The notes under the pieces: model-generated
Seen by the model: only the letters and a program-made list of their open reading frames with translations
Told to the model about the DNA's origin: nothing
The model's database searches: none
Source: Botryllus schlosseri
Taxonomy: Eukaryota
Reading direction: 5' to 3'
DNA: 64,000 nt
Assembly (NCBI GenBank): GCA_051294905.1
Contig: CM119377.1
Coordinates: 10,540,001-10,604,000 of the forward strand
Shown here: positions 24,960 to 36,993 of the stretch, one piece after another
How the letters are laid out: every line of letters begins with the position of its first letter
Numbering within the stretch: the stretch's first letter is position 1
Program-made: the position numbers and the translations under genes

Positions 24960-25056
24960 ATGGCCATTGGCCATCTAAAAGGGCTAAGACACATATTAAT
25001 GTTCCTACCAGACAGGACGCAAACACTGCATATATGTAATAGACTAGGATTATTTC

Positions 25057-26580
25057 GGCACCACAAACATGACCATTTCATATATTGTGCAAGAAATTCT
25101 TGGCCAATCATAGACTCTGATCATGTTGAGAAAGTTTCTTATGTTGTGACAGCTCTGGCTGTGTTTATCAACATCTTATCCAGTATTTATCTGAATGAGA
25201 ATCCTGAAAATGTATTTATTGTACTTGTATATTTGCGAAGGTAACTCATTGCTTCAGCCCAGTACACTATATCGCAGGGGTGTCAAACTCAAATTGCGTC
25301 GCGGGCCGGATTCAAGCCTTCAAATCGCCCGCGTGCCGGACCAGTTAACTCATTCCAAAATTTTACCTTGGGCACTTTCTTTTCACTTGAATACTTTAAT
25401 GTCAAGCATAGGCCTATAAAGATATTAATACACTGCTCATAGGGGTTTTATTCTAGCAAGTTGCAAACCTTCATTCGCGAACAATGGAATTGGCAAAAAT
25501 ACGATGAATGACCGTTTGAATACAGTTAAGAAACGATAAAACAGTGACGGTAAAGACGATATAATTTGGCATATTTATATGCTCCCTTTTCTGTAGTTGT
25601 AATCAGGCGTTAACCCAACGTTATTGCTGTCGTATGTGGTATTCATGGTGTTTGTCAACTACTATGGTCATTTACACCTGGCCAATTTTCTTAATTTTTA
25701 TTCCATAGCTGCCAACCTGTAGCACGGCCCACTTCTAGGCTTTCATAAGCACCACTTACGCGTACGAGGTGGTGAGGAGGAGCCTAGATAAACATCCAAC
25801 ACTTCGATAGGAATTCTGCTGTATTCAGTGTATACGCTGTGTGGAATATATGATATTTAACTGTAAACGAGGACATTGACATTTGTATTTGAATAAAATA
25901 GTGTTTACGGTGACCAATTCTTTAATTATTTATTATAGTTGTGCCCACCTAAATACTATTTTATTCAAATCCAAATTTTTCGACATCAATAACTTTGCTT
26001 CCACTGGTTGGAATTGAGCCAAATTTGGTGAACATCGTTTGATTCGTTTCTATAGACAACAGAACAATTTCATACGATGAACAGAAAAATTTGAAATTTT
26101 TTTATTCATTTTTTTATAGTAAATAAAAACTTTCTTCTCCTGTAGCAAAGCGGCTACTGGTTGGATTTGAACCAAATTTGGTGTACAGACTTCAATCAGG
26201 TAACCTAACAATTTTATCAAGTAGTCAGTAGAATTTTAGAAAAAAAAAGTCATTTTGAAAACCCCTAATTAACATGCTCGACATTTTCTGTCTTGAGGAA
26301 ATATTTTAATGAAAGTATTTCCTGCAAAAAATTTCAACATTAGAAATGTGCTGGATAATGTAACAATTTTTCGATGAACTCAGGATCGTTTCACGAGCTG
26401 AATGAAATCGTCCGACGTGCCGGATGCGACCAGTAAGCCGTATGTTTGACACCCTTGCGGGATCGCTTTCGTTGGTGATCAAGATCATTGAATGTGCATT
26501 GTTTGCTAACATATCTATTTTGAACACACTCTATGCAAGGTTGTATTTATCTGTCAGTGCATAGTATGTGGACCATTTTT
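25057..26580 (+). pseudogene. UNC-93-like relic (exon 2 - intron 2 - exon 3, B-type) split by a hAT insertion
   Basis: 25057-25200 reads GTTNMTISYIVQEILGQS*TLIMLRK..YVV..LAVF, vs gene B exon 2 GTTTFAVSYIIQGLLSVSLALIMLRK. Intron 2 ends identically (GTAACTCATTGCTTCAG). After the hAT, 26485-26570 reads ECALFANISILNTLYARLYLS, vs B QCATWPSMSMLNVLYAKLYSS. Contains stops, a frameshift and mutated splice sites. Confidence 0.8.
25275..26457. mobile_element. hAT (Charlie-like) non-autonomous element carrying nested repeats
   Basis: CAGGGGTGTCAAAC ... GTTTGACACCCTTG. TSD degraded (CTATATCG vs CGGGATCG). Contains a SINE body (25635-25830) and the TTGGAATTGAGCCAAATTTGG repeat family. Confidence 0.7.
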
Positions 26581-28199
26581 CCACAGGGGGTCAAAGTAGC
26601 CATGGTTGGTGCTCGGGTAGAAGTAACATGGTAAATTTCTACTCAAGTACAATGATAAGTATCTATTTCCAAGTAAGTGGAAAATGTAATTCTAGGCCTA
26701 ATTTTCCCTAACAAACTGAAAACTTCAATAAAAGATGTGGGAAATCATAACCACTTGTGTAATTAGTGTAAGTACGCAAAACGTACTGAGTACTTCTATA
26801 AGTAGAAGTACTTCATTATTGAGCACCTCTGCATATTTCTATCCCACATCTTATTTTCTTAATTGACATTTCCTACTGTGTTGTAATATGGTATGTGTGC
26901 ATTTCATCTCTGGCCTGAATCATGGCGTCTTCTGCTGGTAGCAGCTCTCTTTGCCTAGCGGCGGACCTCAGTTAGAGATTACGGACTTGCTGATTGATCG
27001 TTCAGCCAGACTAGTTGGTTATTTGGCATGTTAGCGAGATTGCATCTTGTTTTTCGTCGAGTTCTTATCGCAGCTTGCGAAGGTGGCGCTTATACCGGCT
27101 TATATGTATCACAATTCTAAGTTCGTCAACAAAAGGAAGCTTACCTGATCATTGTATTATTGGTGCTTATTTATGTAATTGACCCTAATAAATTGATGCT
27201 ACATCGGTATAATATGTCAAATTTCTTAGTGGCTGCGTACTCTATTGGTAATTTCTATGAAAAAAAATTATTGGGTGCAAGAAATGGTAACGATGAAGCT
27301 GCGCAATAGACGTATTGTGACATAACCAGCAACGTAACGTGACGCAACCACTATTTTCAAAACTTTTTAATGTCGTGATGCAGTTCAATCTCAATTGTAA
27401 TATTTTCTTCGGATATACGAAGCAAAATAAATATAACAATGAAATAAGCGTGCTTATTTTTCCATGTAAGCGTACATGACCACTGTTAGATTTAGCTGTA
27501 GTCACAATCACGCATTTCAGAAGTCGTCGTAATCGATTACATTGACACAGTGATTGATACGCCCCATTTTGATATTGACATCTGTACTACCTTAGTGGGA
27601 ACAACTGTAGATGAGGTGTTAACATTTAAGTTGGCTTTCATTGCCTGCATTTTAGAAATAAACTGACATATATGATATTTTGATTGCAACATGTTCCTCA
27701 ACAGTATTTTTAGTATTTTCACTTTATTGTTAGGAAGGCAACTGTTACCAAGTAATCAAATTTGTTTTATACCGTGATTTATTCATATCCGTCAAGCCTG
27801 AGGTCATTTCATTGTGTATTTTTTTCATCTTTTCTGCGCTACTATTTCCGTGATAGTCCAGTAATCGGACACTCCAATGGTGCCATTCCGATAAGTGTTA
27901 ATATCCGCAATACAAATGTATCCTCCTGTAGTTTGAAAAGCGTTTCTTTTTCCAATTATTTTTATGTAGAGAATTTTATGGAAACACAGGCCGATCCATT
28001 ACTTACAAGATTGCTTCATTTCACATTTAAAACATCAGTTCTATTGTTGTGTGAGTAATTTGTTGTAGCTGAAACTTGCACGAAGAGGTTTGTACTGAAA
28101 TTTGAGTGTGACTGCACGGCACTTGACTTTCTACTAATAATATATAATCAATATTGATGAGAATGTTTTTAATTTCCAGAAAGTTAACAACACAAAATT

Positions 28200-29834
28200 A
28201 TGTCTCAAATAATGGGCAATCGATTAAGTCCCGAAAAAAAGAAACAATGGATGAAAATTATGGTGAAAGTGAATGAAATGAGGACCAGCGGCACCGAGTG
28301 TGACTTCACAATCAAAGTCGACGAAAAATCTCTGCCCGTCCACCGCCTAGTGATCCGTTCTGCATCAGATTATTTCGACAAAATGCTTTCGCACGACACC
28401 ATGGAGAACCAAAACAGTTCGGTGACGTTGAGAGATGTCAACTTCGCCGCTGTGCAAGGTTGTGTCGATTTTCTGTACACCGGAGAAATCGAAATTACGC
28501 GTACCAACATGAACAATATCCTCCATGCTGCCAGTATGTTTCAACTCGACGAGATATGCGAACAAGTGACGGTGATGCTGCAAGAGTTTCTCAATCCTGC
28601 TGCGTTTTTCGAAATCCGTGAAACCGCGGTCATGTACAATCTCGAAGGCCTGATTACGGCGTGCGACGAATATGCCCTGGAAAATCTCGAACTCCTTGCC
28701 AAGGAGGAAAACTTTTCAAATCTCGATGTTGACTGCGTGACCAGACTGCTACGTGATAAAACATCCGCTAATCCGAATGGCGAAGATTCAAAACTCGCTA
28801 TCATTTTAAAGTGGATCAACGCCGACTTGGAAAATCGCAGATGTCATCTAAGCAAGATGACAGCATCTTCGAATCTTGCAAAAATAAGCCCAAGCTACGG
28901 TCTCCATGTATCAGAATACGAAGCGGCTTGTTACGAGTCTAGCGAATTCATGAAAGATCTTTACACGGCGCAGATGAAAGGACAAAAGCACAAAGCCAAG
29001 CCGGCACAAATCCATTTCCCTGGAATACCAAACTCCCTTTTAGTGTTCGACCTCAGCAACAAAGAATTGAAACGATGCGACCCCAGCAATGGCGAGACTA
29101 AATCTTTGTGTCCATTGCATGACGATTTGGATGGCGGTAAATTTTACACGTCATGCATATTAGGTAAATACTGTTACGTGCTGCTGCAAAACAAAAAGAC
29201 CTTCCGCTACGACATCACAAAACCGAATAAAGGATGGGAGACGAGGCAAAAAATGACGCATGTCCACGATTGGATGAGTTGCATCACAATCGGAGATCAG
29301 ATTCTAGTAGTCGGTGGTGAGTGCATGGAAAAATACTGTGAATCAGAGGACCAATGGACGGATTTTGATGCTCCGGAAGTCAACTGTGATCAATCATCCC
29401 TTGCGGCTAGTTCCGATTTCGTATTTTGCGTAGGGGGAAGTGAAAACGGTGATGTCGTAAATACCGCTAGTAAATTGGCGATACGAGAAATGAATTGGAG
29501 TCCTATACGACCGGCACTGCATAAGAGAGCCACACCGGCCGTAGTTGTCTTTAACGATGTTTTGTACGTGGCTGGCGGGATACATCGCACGTTTTTGAAT
29601 CTTGTCGAAGCGTACGATATCTACGCCGATACTTGGACGGAGCTGTCGCCTTTGAAATCGTCCAGAAACTTATTCAGGCTGTGCGTCGTGAATAATAAAA
29701 TATTCGCAGTCGGGAAGAAGAAGGACCCCCTGTCTGTCGAAACTTACGACTTGGATGAGAATGTGTGGAAGAGTGTGGATCGAAATTTTGACTTTAGTAT
29801 TATGGGACTAGCGTCTGTGCCATCGTGTTTGTAA
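28200..29834 (+). CDS. BTB-BACK-Kelch protein K4, 544 aa, intronless CDS
   Basis: Colinear paralog of K3 (54/60 identical over a 60-aa BTB stretch, hand count); same BTB/BACK/Kelch motifs. Confidence 0.93.
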   Translation: MSQIMGNRLSPEKKKQWMKIMVKVNEMRTSGTECDFTIKVDEKSLPVHRLVIRSASDYFDKMLSHDTMENQNSSVTLRDVNFAAVQGCVDFLYTGEIEITRTNMNNILHAASMFQLDEICEQVTVMLQEFLNPAAFFEIRETAVMYNLEGLITACDEYALENLELLAKEENFSNLDVDCVTRLLRDKTSANPNGEDSKLAIILKWINADLENRRCHLSKMTASSNLAKISPSYGLHVSEYEAACYESSEFMKDLYTAQMKGQKHKAKPAQIHFPGIPNSLLVFDLSNKELKRCDPSNGETKSLCPLHDDLDGGKFYTSCILGKYCYVLLQNKKTFRYDITKPNKGWETRQKMTHVHDWMSCITIGDQILVVGGECMEKYCESEDQWTDFDAPEVNCDQSSLAASSDFVFCVGGSENGDVVNTASKLAIREMNWSPIRPALHKRATPAVVVFNDVLYVAGGIHRTFLNLVEAYDIYADTWTELSPLKSSRNLFRLCVVNNKIFAVGKKKDPLSVETYDLDENVWKSVDRNFDFSIMGLASVPSCL

Positions 29835-32229
29835 ATTAATTTTTTTAATTTGTTGTGAATCGTGATAATGATCCTACCAAATTAAGCAACGCCCTTGTTG
29901 AGCGAAACTGAACATTGTGAATGCTTTTCTGTTGAATTTCCCCATCAGTAATATATCTTTTCCAATTTGACATGTATTTATTTGAGTGTAATTATGATGT
30001 CACGTTTGATATCGCATTTAGAGTTCAGGTAATATTGAGTGTCCGAGAGTTTTGCCTAACAGTTGAGTTTTTGATAGCCAAACGACGATGACTAGTACAC
30101 AGGCAATTCTAGAAAATAAAGACAGTTGAAAATGTGTTGCTGCGACTTAAAATATAACACAATCAGTCTTGTGTGACGTTCCTACAGTGGCCATTTTTTA
30201 AATATTAATCGCCTCGAGCACCATATTTGACATGACACGTATTTGGGTATTCCAATTTCTTTGCCCACCTATAATGCATTTTGAAATGACACACTGTACT
30301 ATATATTTGTCCTTATCGACCCTATACGCGGGACACGTTGTAATTTTCAAAAAAGTATCCCGGTAATTTTTTTCAATTTTGAAAGTAACACACTATATCC
30401 TATATTTGTCTCTATTGTCACTAAATTTTGAACTATATAGTATCCTGGTAGATTTTCTATGCACATGCACATATATATCAGTTGTATTTTTGGAGGGGGG
30501 ATCAAGATCGTGTTCGCTGTACTTAAATTTTACTATCTGCGACAAAGAGAGTTCTGTTTTGACTGTTCTGTTTGTACAAGCCGATCCGTATCCATTACAG
30601 ACGAAATCCATCTAGTCTCTAGTGGTTGTATTCAGGATAAATGATTTCGGTAATGATATTAACCTGCTTCAACATCTGATTCAGCATTCAAAATGCGCAC
30701 TTGGCCCTTCAAGTTTTCGACATTATTCCATATTCCTTTCCCTAGCGTCATAAAAACACATTTCAGGCGTTACTGTATTTTTAAGCAATTAATTCTCCCA
30801 AATTTCCGTCCTCGTGTAGCCAATTAATGTGCACTGGACGTAAACTAAGTTTTGCCATTTTGGTTTTCTGCGTGTCGGCCCGCCTCCCGATATCCCTTTG
30901 TATTTTCGTAACCGTTCGTAACCAAATTTACACCCTCTCCGATCCTTTGCAACTTATTTTAGCTGCAAAAGAACTTGATTTACACGACAATTGCGTAATG
31001 CTTGCACGCAATCTGATGATATAGGGAAGCATGGCGTACACGTTTCCTCATTCAAGCGGGCGAGGTGATCGATAAAAAACGAGAAGAGCGGTGCTGCGAT
31101 TACCAGCAATGGTCCTTGGCACACGAGATCTTGCTATGGTTCAGTTCAGTTTATTAATATTTTATATCTTTTCAGGATGCCATAAAAAACGATAGAATGG
31201 AGCGATGAGAAGGCTAGTAGAAACAACTTGTAGCAGGCTTTGAACGGATTCTAAATCGGTGATTCCCAAACGCGGCTCTGATTGACCTCTAAATATCCCA
31301 CAAAAATATAATAGACGACAGTTGTTGTTGTTGTTGTTGTTTGTTTCTATGAATAATTGTAGTCAATTTCCGTATATGAATGCTAAAATTAAGGTTATTA
31401 GTTACGTCTAAAGCCGTCCAAGGCCACTTCCGAAAACCGGGAAAGAGAATTCTTGCAGACTAACGTTACGTTAACCAGGGTTGTACTAAGGTTCCGAGTC
31501 AAAAGTCAATCTTACTTTCAAAGTTTTGACTCGATTCAATTTTTATGAACCACCGAGGTAAGTGTTGGGTCTTTATTCACATAACAAAATAAGCCAGCAA
31601 ACAGAAAACTCCGAGCACGTAAGCAACGTAAAGGCACCAATTAGTAATCTTGAGAAATGATCATTAGACGTGATTACACTGACGTAATACACCACAGTAA
31701 GTCGTGGAGTAAAGGATCTAGTCCAGGGGTTCTCAGCCCTTTCTTGGCCGTGGCCCATTTTCCGGTTTGAACATGTGCTGTGGCCCACCTCTTATCTTGG
31801 AGTCTTCTATCTTAGAGATTTCCCTCTGAGCAAGTAAGCATGGCGACGGGTGTTGCGTATCTATCCGTATGTTAGTTATCTAGGCCTATAGTTCAAGTCA
31901 GGTTAAACAGTACACGTAAGATGTTTATTGTTTATTCAAATAGGACGACTCGCAGTTACCAGTCCTATTTGTTAGGATTAGCATATTTTGGAATCGGGAA
32001 AGGAGGACACATTTTCAAACCCAGAATTCCGAAGAAAAAACTTGAGGAAATGGTTAATTTTTCTCACTCCGTGGTCGGTTGACTAAAGAAACTCGCCCAG
32101 CGCCCAAAATACAGTTTTTTCCTTCACGTTTACAGGTGGTTGACTAAAAAAAAGGACGTATGGTAATAACCCTATATTTGTCAACCATCGCGGTCCTGAT
32201 GTACGAGATTTGAATCAGGCCATATAGAA

Positions 32230-34779
32230 CAGGGGCGGGCAATATACCGCCCGCGACGTGATTTTGAGCGGCCCGCAGACATGTTACGGTCTTACATGAT
32301 AATATCGCCCGCGGTCACTATTTGCTTACTATACGTCAAATAATAGTGACTGTAGCTTATTCTTTATTTTTTCGGACACGCATAATGGTGATTTTTAGTT
32401 ATTCTTTAGTTCTTTGTGTCCGTCATGCAGCCAGACAGCTGCCAGAGTTCAAAGAACCAGCAGGGTTGTAACCAAGTCACATGGTTCCGAGTCACGAGTC
32501 AATCCGACTTTTGTGGTTTTGACTCGAGTCGAGTCATTTTTAATTCATCACCGAGTCGAGTCCGAGTCCAAGTCACCGTTTTAAGGGTCAAGTCCGAGTC
32601 ATAGTGCTATGACTCGAGTCCAAGTCACAGTATTGAAGTCATGTTCAACTTATGTTTTCAATCCTGATTGGGTGATATCGAATTCCTTGCTTGCCAAACA
32701 TGCTTATTTTGTCCCTATCATAGTCTTGGCACTTGTCTATTTAGGCAGATAACGGACAGTTCCTGGCCTCAATTACCGATGCTACAGATAGACGAGACAG
32801 GCCGCCAACACGATAACTTTACTAATCTTAGAACTTCAAATCAAATATCTGTCTTGTCAGTCTGATATATCACAAATACCAGCATTCAATTTTATTACGA
32901 GCACATCGACGACCGCTCACAAATAGCTTATAGAGAATTAACGATTTCACGTCTACATACTATCTGATAGAGATCCAACGAATTCACGTCTAGATACAAG
33001 CTGGTAGAGAATCAACAGATAAACGTTTATGTAGAGGTACAGTTTTGCTTTCACATTATATCAGTTGGTTGACCAGAAAAAGGTCAACTTTCCTGCTCAT
33101 CTCCCGAAATGGTCGCCGGAGCGTTGCTTTAGTGCTGATTTACTGTTATCTTAGTCGAATTTACCCTACATTTACCAAAAATTCTTAAAAATGAGGACAA
33201 AATATCAAAAAGGAGGCTACTTCTTAGAATTGTTAGATTATCTAAAAGAACTTAAATTTGGCTCAATTCCAACCAGGAGAAAACAATGCTAAGAGAAAAT
33301 ATTTTTGATCAATTACAAATAGAGACTTTCGAATTTTACCGGCTACCTCATGATATTGTTAGATTGTGTAAAAATATGATTCATAGCAAATTTGGCTCAA
33401 TTTCGACCAGAAGAAGCGAAATTATTAGAGTGGAATATTTTGGATATGAAAAAATAGTCGACTTACTGCGAGTATGTAATCATAATATATGAAATCGTTT
33501 CTCACTAAAAATACTCCGTGTATTTTCAAATCCAAAATTTTCTCCTCTCATATCATCGATTCCAGCCAGATTCAGTGTTCTTTTTATGCAACGTAACAAT
33601 TTTATCAAGTAGCCACCCAGTACAATAAAAAAGAAGTTATTTTTGATCAGCCCTTTTGTACAAACATCACACAACATTGGCCATTCATTATTACTCAAGT
33701 GCACAATGCACATACCTAACAAAACGGACGGAGGGTATTGTGTGTTTTCACAGCCAGCAGATCAAATCAATGAGTTACACTTGAAAAATACTAAAGTGGA
33801 AATGAGATTCACATGTATGTTCAAGCGGCGTGGCCTTAGAATAATCCACATCCCCTGGATACACGTCCCTGGATACACGTTCCACTGGTGCATTAGATGT
33901 AGGAATTGAAAAGCAATTTGAACCACACTGAAGAGCATTTGATACTCATCCATTCTAGTCGCCCAAAAATGCAAAGAATCATCGCCTTCAAATATACACA
34001 TGAGCTTATCAGTCTCTTCCAAGTAGGCTACTTGACCATTTGAGTCATTTCATTGGCTCTAATTGAACTTTGCTTCGATTGTTTGCTTGTATAATTGAAA
34101 ATTCTTGAGTACTTTGATGGCGGAGGATCTATTACCTCTTCATCACTGGATGATTTTGTTCAATGCATTGCTACTATGTACCATTGTATTTTGTTTTTAC
34201 GGCGGCATATCTGATATCAGACGAGTGCAGCGAAAGCAGTGGTGACAAATAGCGATGTTGACAGAATTCGTCACATGCGTTGATCTAACCATTGTGATTC
34301 GCAAATTTCTTCACCTTCAAGTCATATAAAATAAGCCGAGTCAATGACTTGAGTCGAGTCATGCGTAATGACTCGAGTACAAGTCGAGTCAATCCAAATA
34401 TTGACTCGAGTCGAGTCGAGTCATTTTCCCATTTCAAGTAAATGACTCGAGTCAAGTCGAGTTACAAAAAAATCGTGACTCGAGTCTGACTCGAGTCATT
34501 ACAACCCTGCCAGAACACAACAATGATCGACCATAGACGCCTCATTGACGCACATTACGTTAATAAATTTATTGGATACTGTTTTGGTCTCTTTGCTCCA
34601 CCCTTAAAGTTTACGTTAAATATACGATTAATTCTTGTATATGTGGATAAATACGCGTATAATGTATCGATTCAGGAATCCGGCCCGCCAAGTATCTCAT
34701 TTTTTTCTTCATATCCGGCCCGCCAAGTGTTTCCTTTTTCCATATCTGGCCCGCCGACTGGAAAAGTTGCCCGTCCCTG
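32230..34779. mobile_element. hAT (Charlie-like) element
   Basis: TIR CAGGGGCGGGCAA / TTGCCCGTCCCTG, perfect 8-bp TSD ATATAGAA, GGCCCGC subterminal repeats. Confidence 0.88.
32461..34509. mobile_element. GACTCGAGTC-family hAT-like non-autonomous element (inner copy)
   Basis: TIR CAGGGTTGTAA / TTACAACCCTG, arrays of GACTCGAGTC at both ends. A second copy starts at 62957. No clean 8-bp TSD seen. Confidence 0.8.
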
Positions 34780-35199
34780 ATATAGAACGTATCGAGTCAT
34801 ATGACCTGGTCGATTCAATACACAAGGCTTGAGTGGAGTCATTTTCATTATTTAAGAAAATGACTCGGGTCAACGAAAAATTGCGACTCGAGTCGAGTCA
34901 TGACGCGAGCATCACAACCCCGTGATTAACTTATTTAACTACGAGTGATTGACCAGTGAGCTGAACCTTGCGATCGAATACCAGGCCTAGATTGAATATA
35001 TTGCTATACATTTTTACCTCTATAGGAATTCCCCTTTCCCAGAGGAATTACTTTAATTTGCGTTATACGTTTATATGCGTAATACGTTTTTACCTTTATA
35101 ATTTACATCATATTGTCACATAGAAATGAGAATTGTCCAACATGCGTCACATTATTTACATTAATAGTTTTATGCCTCTTCCACAAGATCGCCAAATAT

Positions 35200-36261
35200 C
35201 AGTGTTGGGATGACTCGAGTCAGACTCGAGTCACTTTTTCGTATGACTTGACTTGACTCGAGTCACTTTGCAAAAATGACTTGACTTGACTCGGCGCAAA
35301 ATTTACGAGTCAATTTCAAGTCATCAAGTAAACGGTATCAATGAGATCCGAGTATTTTGTGGATATGTTCGTATACCGAGCGAGATAGTGTAATGGTTAT
35401 GCGTCCGGCTTCTCGAGCGGTAGGTCGTGGGTTCGATCCCCGGCCGGGTCATACCAAAGACTCGAAAAATGGTATCCGCAGCTATCCTGCTAGGCGCTCA
35501 GCAATCACGGATAGCATGGAGGAGAAAAAAAACGGGGGCGCAGACTAGATGACCTGATGGGGCCGTATCGCAACTCCGTCGCCAAAGCATCTCGATGGTG
35601 CAGGCGAGAAGATATCATATCTCTCTCTCTCCCTTGTTCGCGATACGCCTGTGTCACTTGTGAGGGAAACCAGGCATTTGAACGATCCTACATTATTGCA
35701 TCACAAATTGACCACAAACGAAATGATCACAGGTTACGTTGTCGTAGTAGTAGAAGAAGAAGAATACAATAGCAATTAACGTATCTATGTTTCTTAGACG
35801 ACTCAGTGCTAACATTGCGCAGTGATCACCTTTACCAACCCTCTTGTATGATTCAAATCCATATCAATTTGTTACACCTTCTCGAGGCTTCGTATTCGAT
35901 CCTATTGGCTGTTAAAATAACAGACTGTAGCATAGCTATACAGTTAGTCGCGTATTTTATGTGCGGTTCTACGTGTGTGTGATAGACGCCTTCTTGCATG
36001 CCTATTAAACTTTATATTATGTATTTGATGCAAGATAAATGGCAAATTATTCTGTCTTTCACACAGCTAGCAAAATCTAATGACTTTGAATTGTGACTTG
36101 ACTCGTGACTCGACTTGACTCGAGTCACATCCAAAAAACGAGTGACTTGAACTAACTCGAGTCACCTTCGAAAATCAATTGACTTGACTTGACTCGAGTC
36201 AAAAAAGGCAATGACTCGAAATGACTCGTGACTCGAAGGTAGTGACTTGATCCCAACACTG
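35200..36261. mobile_element. hAT-like MITE (CAGTGTTGGGA termini, GACTCGAGTC subterminal arrays)
   Basis: TIR CAGTGTTGGGAT / ATCCCAACACTG, perfect 8-bp TSD CCAAATAT. Related partial copy at ~62530-62740. Confidence 0.9.
35375..35767 (+). mobile_element. tRNA-derived SINE (family 1), nested in the hAT MITE
   Basis: Pol III A box TAGTGTAATGG and B box GGTTCGATCCC, body GGGTCATACCAAAGAC...GGCGCTCAGCA, simple-repeat tail (GTA/GAA)n. Second copy at 37964. Confidence 0.8.
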
Positions 36262-36993
36262 CCAAATATATACTGCAAAGACTACCTCTCGTACTTCTCT
36301 AATCACATGACATACAGCACACATATATGGATAATCCATGGTCTTTTGGAACGATACTACGAATATTCAAGCAAGTGACGGCATGCCATCCGCCTAACTT
36401 TAATGGCCAAGCCACGACCTATAACCTAGCCTCGAAATTTAGTACGATAGTTTGGGAACCACAGCTCTACTCTATTAGAATTATATCATAGTAAATGTGG
36501 TATATACTTTTACTACGATTTTACAAAGCTTGTAATGATCGATTTTTGGCACATTCCCACGAAAAGAAAACATTTTTGGGGCTTCCCCTGTTTGAATCAG
36601 CTGATCGAACACCACTCGGTTACGTTATTGCGCGGATGCACCTAGTAGTGATGCAATGACCTGCAGGGCGTCTGTGTGGTTGGCTACTTGTGAATTGTGA
36701 TTGTTAATCATTTCAAGAATGCTATTTATTGTAGTGATAGCTCAGTCCTAGCAACATGTTACCGCGGTATGGTGCAACTTATGCCGACGCTGTCAGCTAA
36801 GAAAAATTGCAAGTTAGTGGATGCATAAGCCAGACCGGACTACTTGGTAGTTCTTTTGACACTATGTACTTCTCACCTTTTCTTTTTGCATAATGTAAAC
36901 TGGAAAAAAGTATAACTAAAACTTTGTTCGTTACTATTTCCCAGGTACAATTGTATTATACTTTTTTTCGTTGTATGTCTTTTTTTTGTAACC

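Larger units (their letters stand above)
31476..34922. mobile_element. Outer GACTCGAGTC-family hAT-like element hosting nested insertions
   Basis: CAGGGTTGTA ... TCACAACCCCG with GACTCGAGTC subterminal motifs at both ends; partly decayed TSD (ACGTTAAC / TGATTAAC). Confidence 0.55.

Noticed and set aside
3312-29590. Short antisense ORFs overlapping the Kelch, UNC-93 and QTRT1 coding regions
   Set aside because: They are shadow ORFs of real coding sequence with no independent motifs.
2686-29834. Viral (poxvirus-like) origin of the intronless BTB-Kelch genes
   Set aside because: No viral hallmark genes are present, the genes have apparent spliceosomal 5'-UTR introns, and they are co-duplicated with host intron-containing genes.
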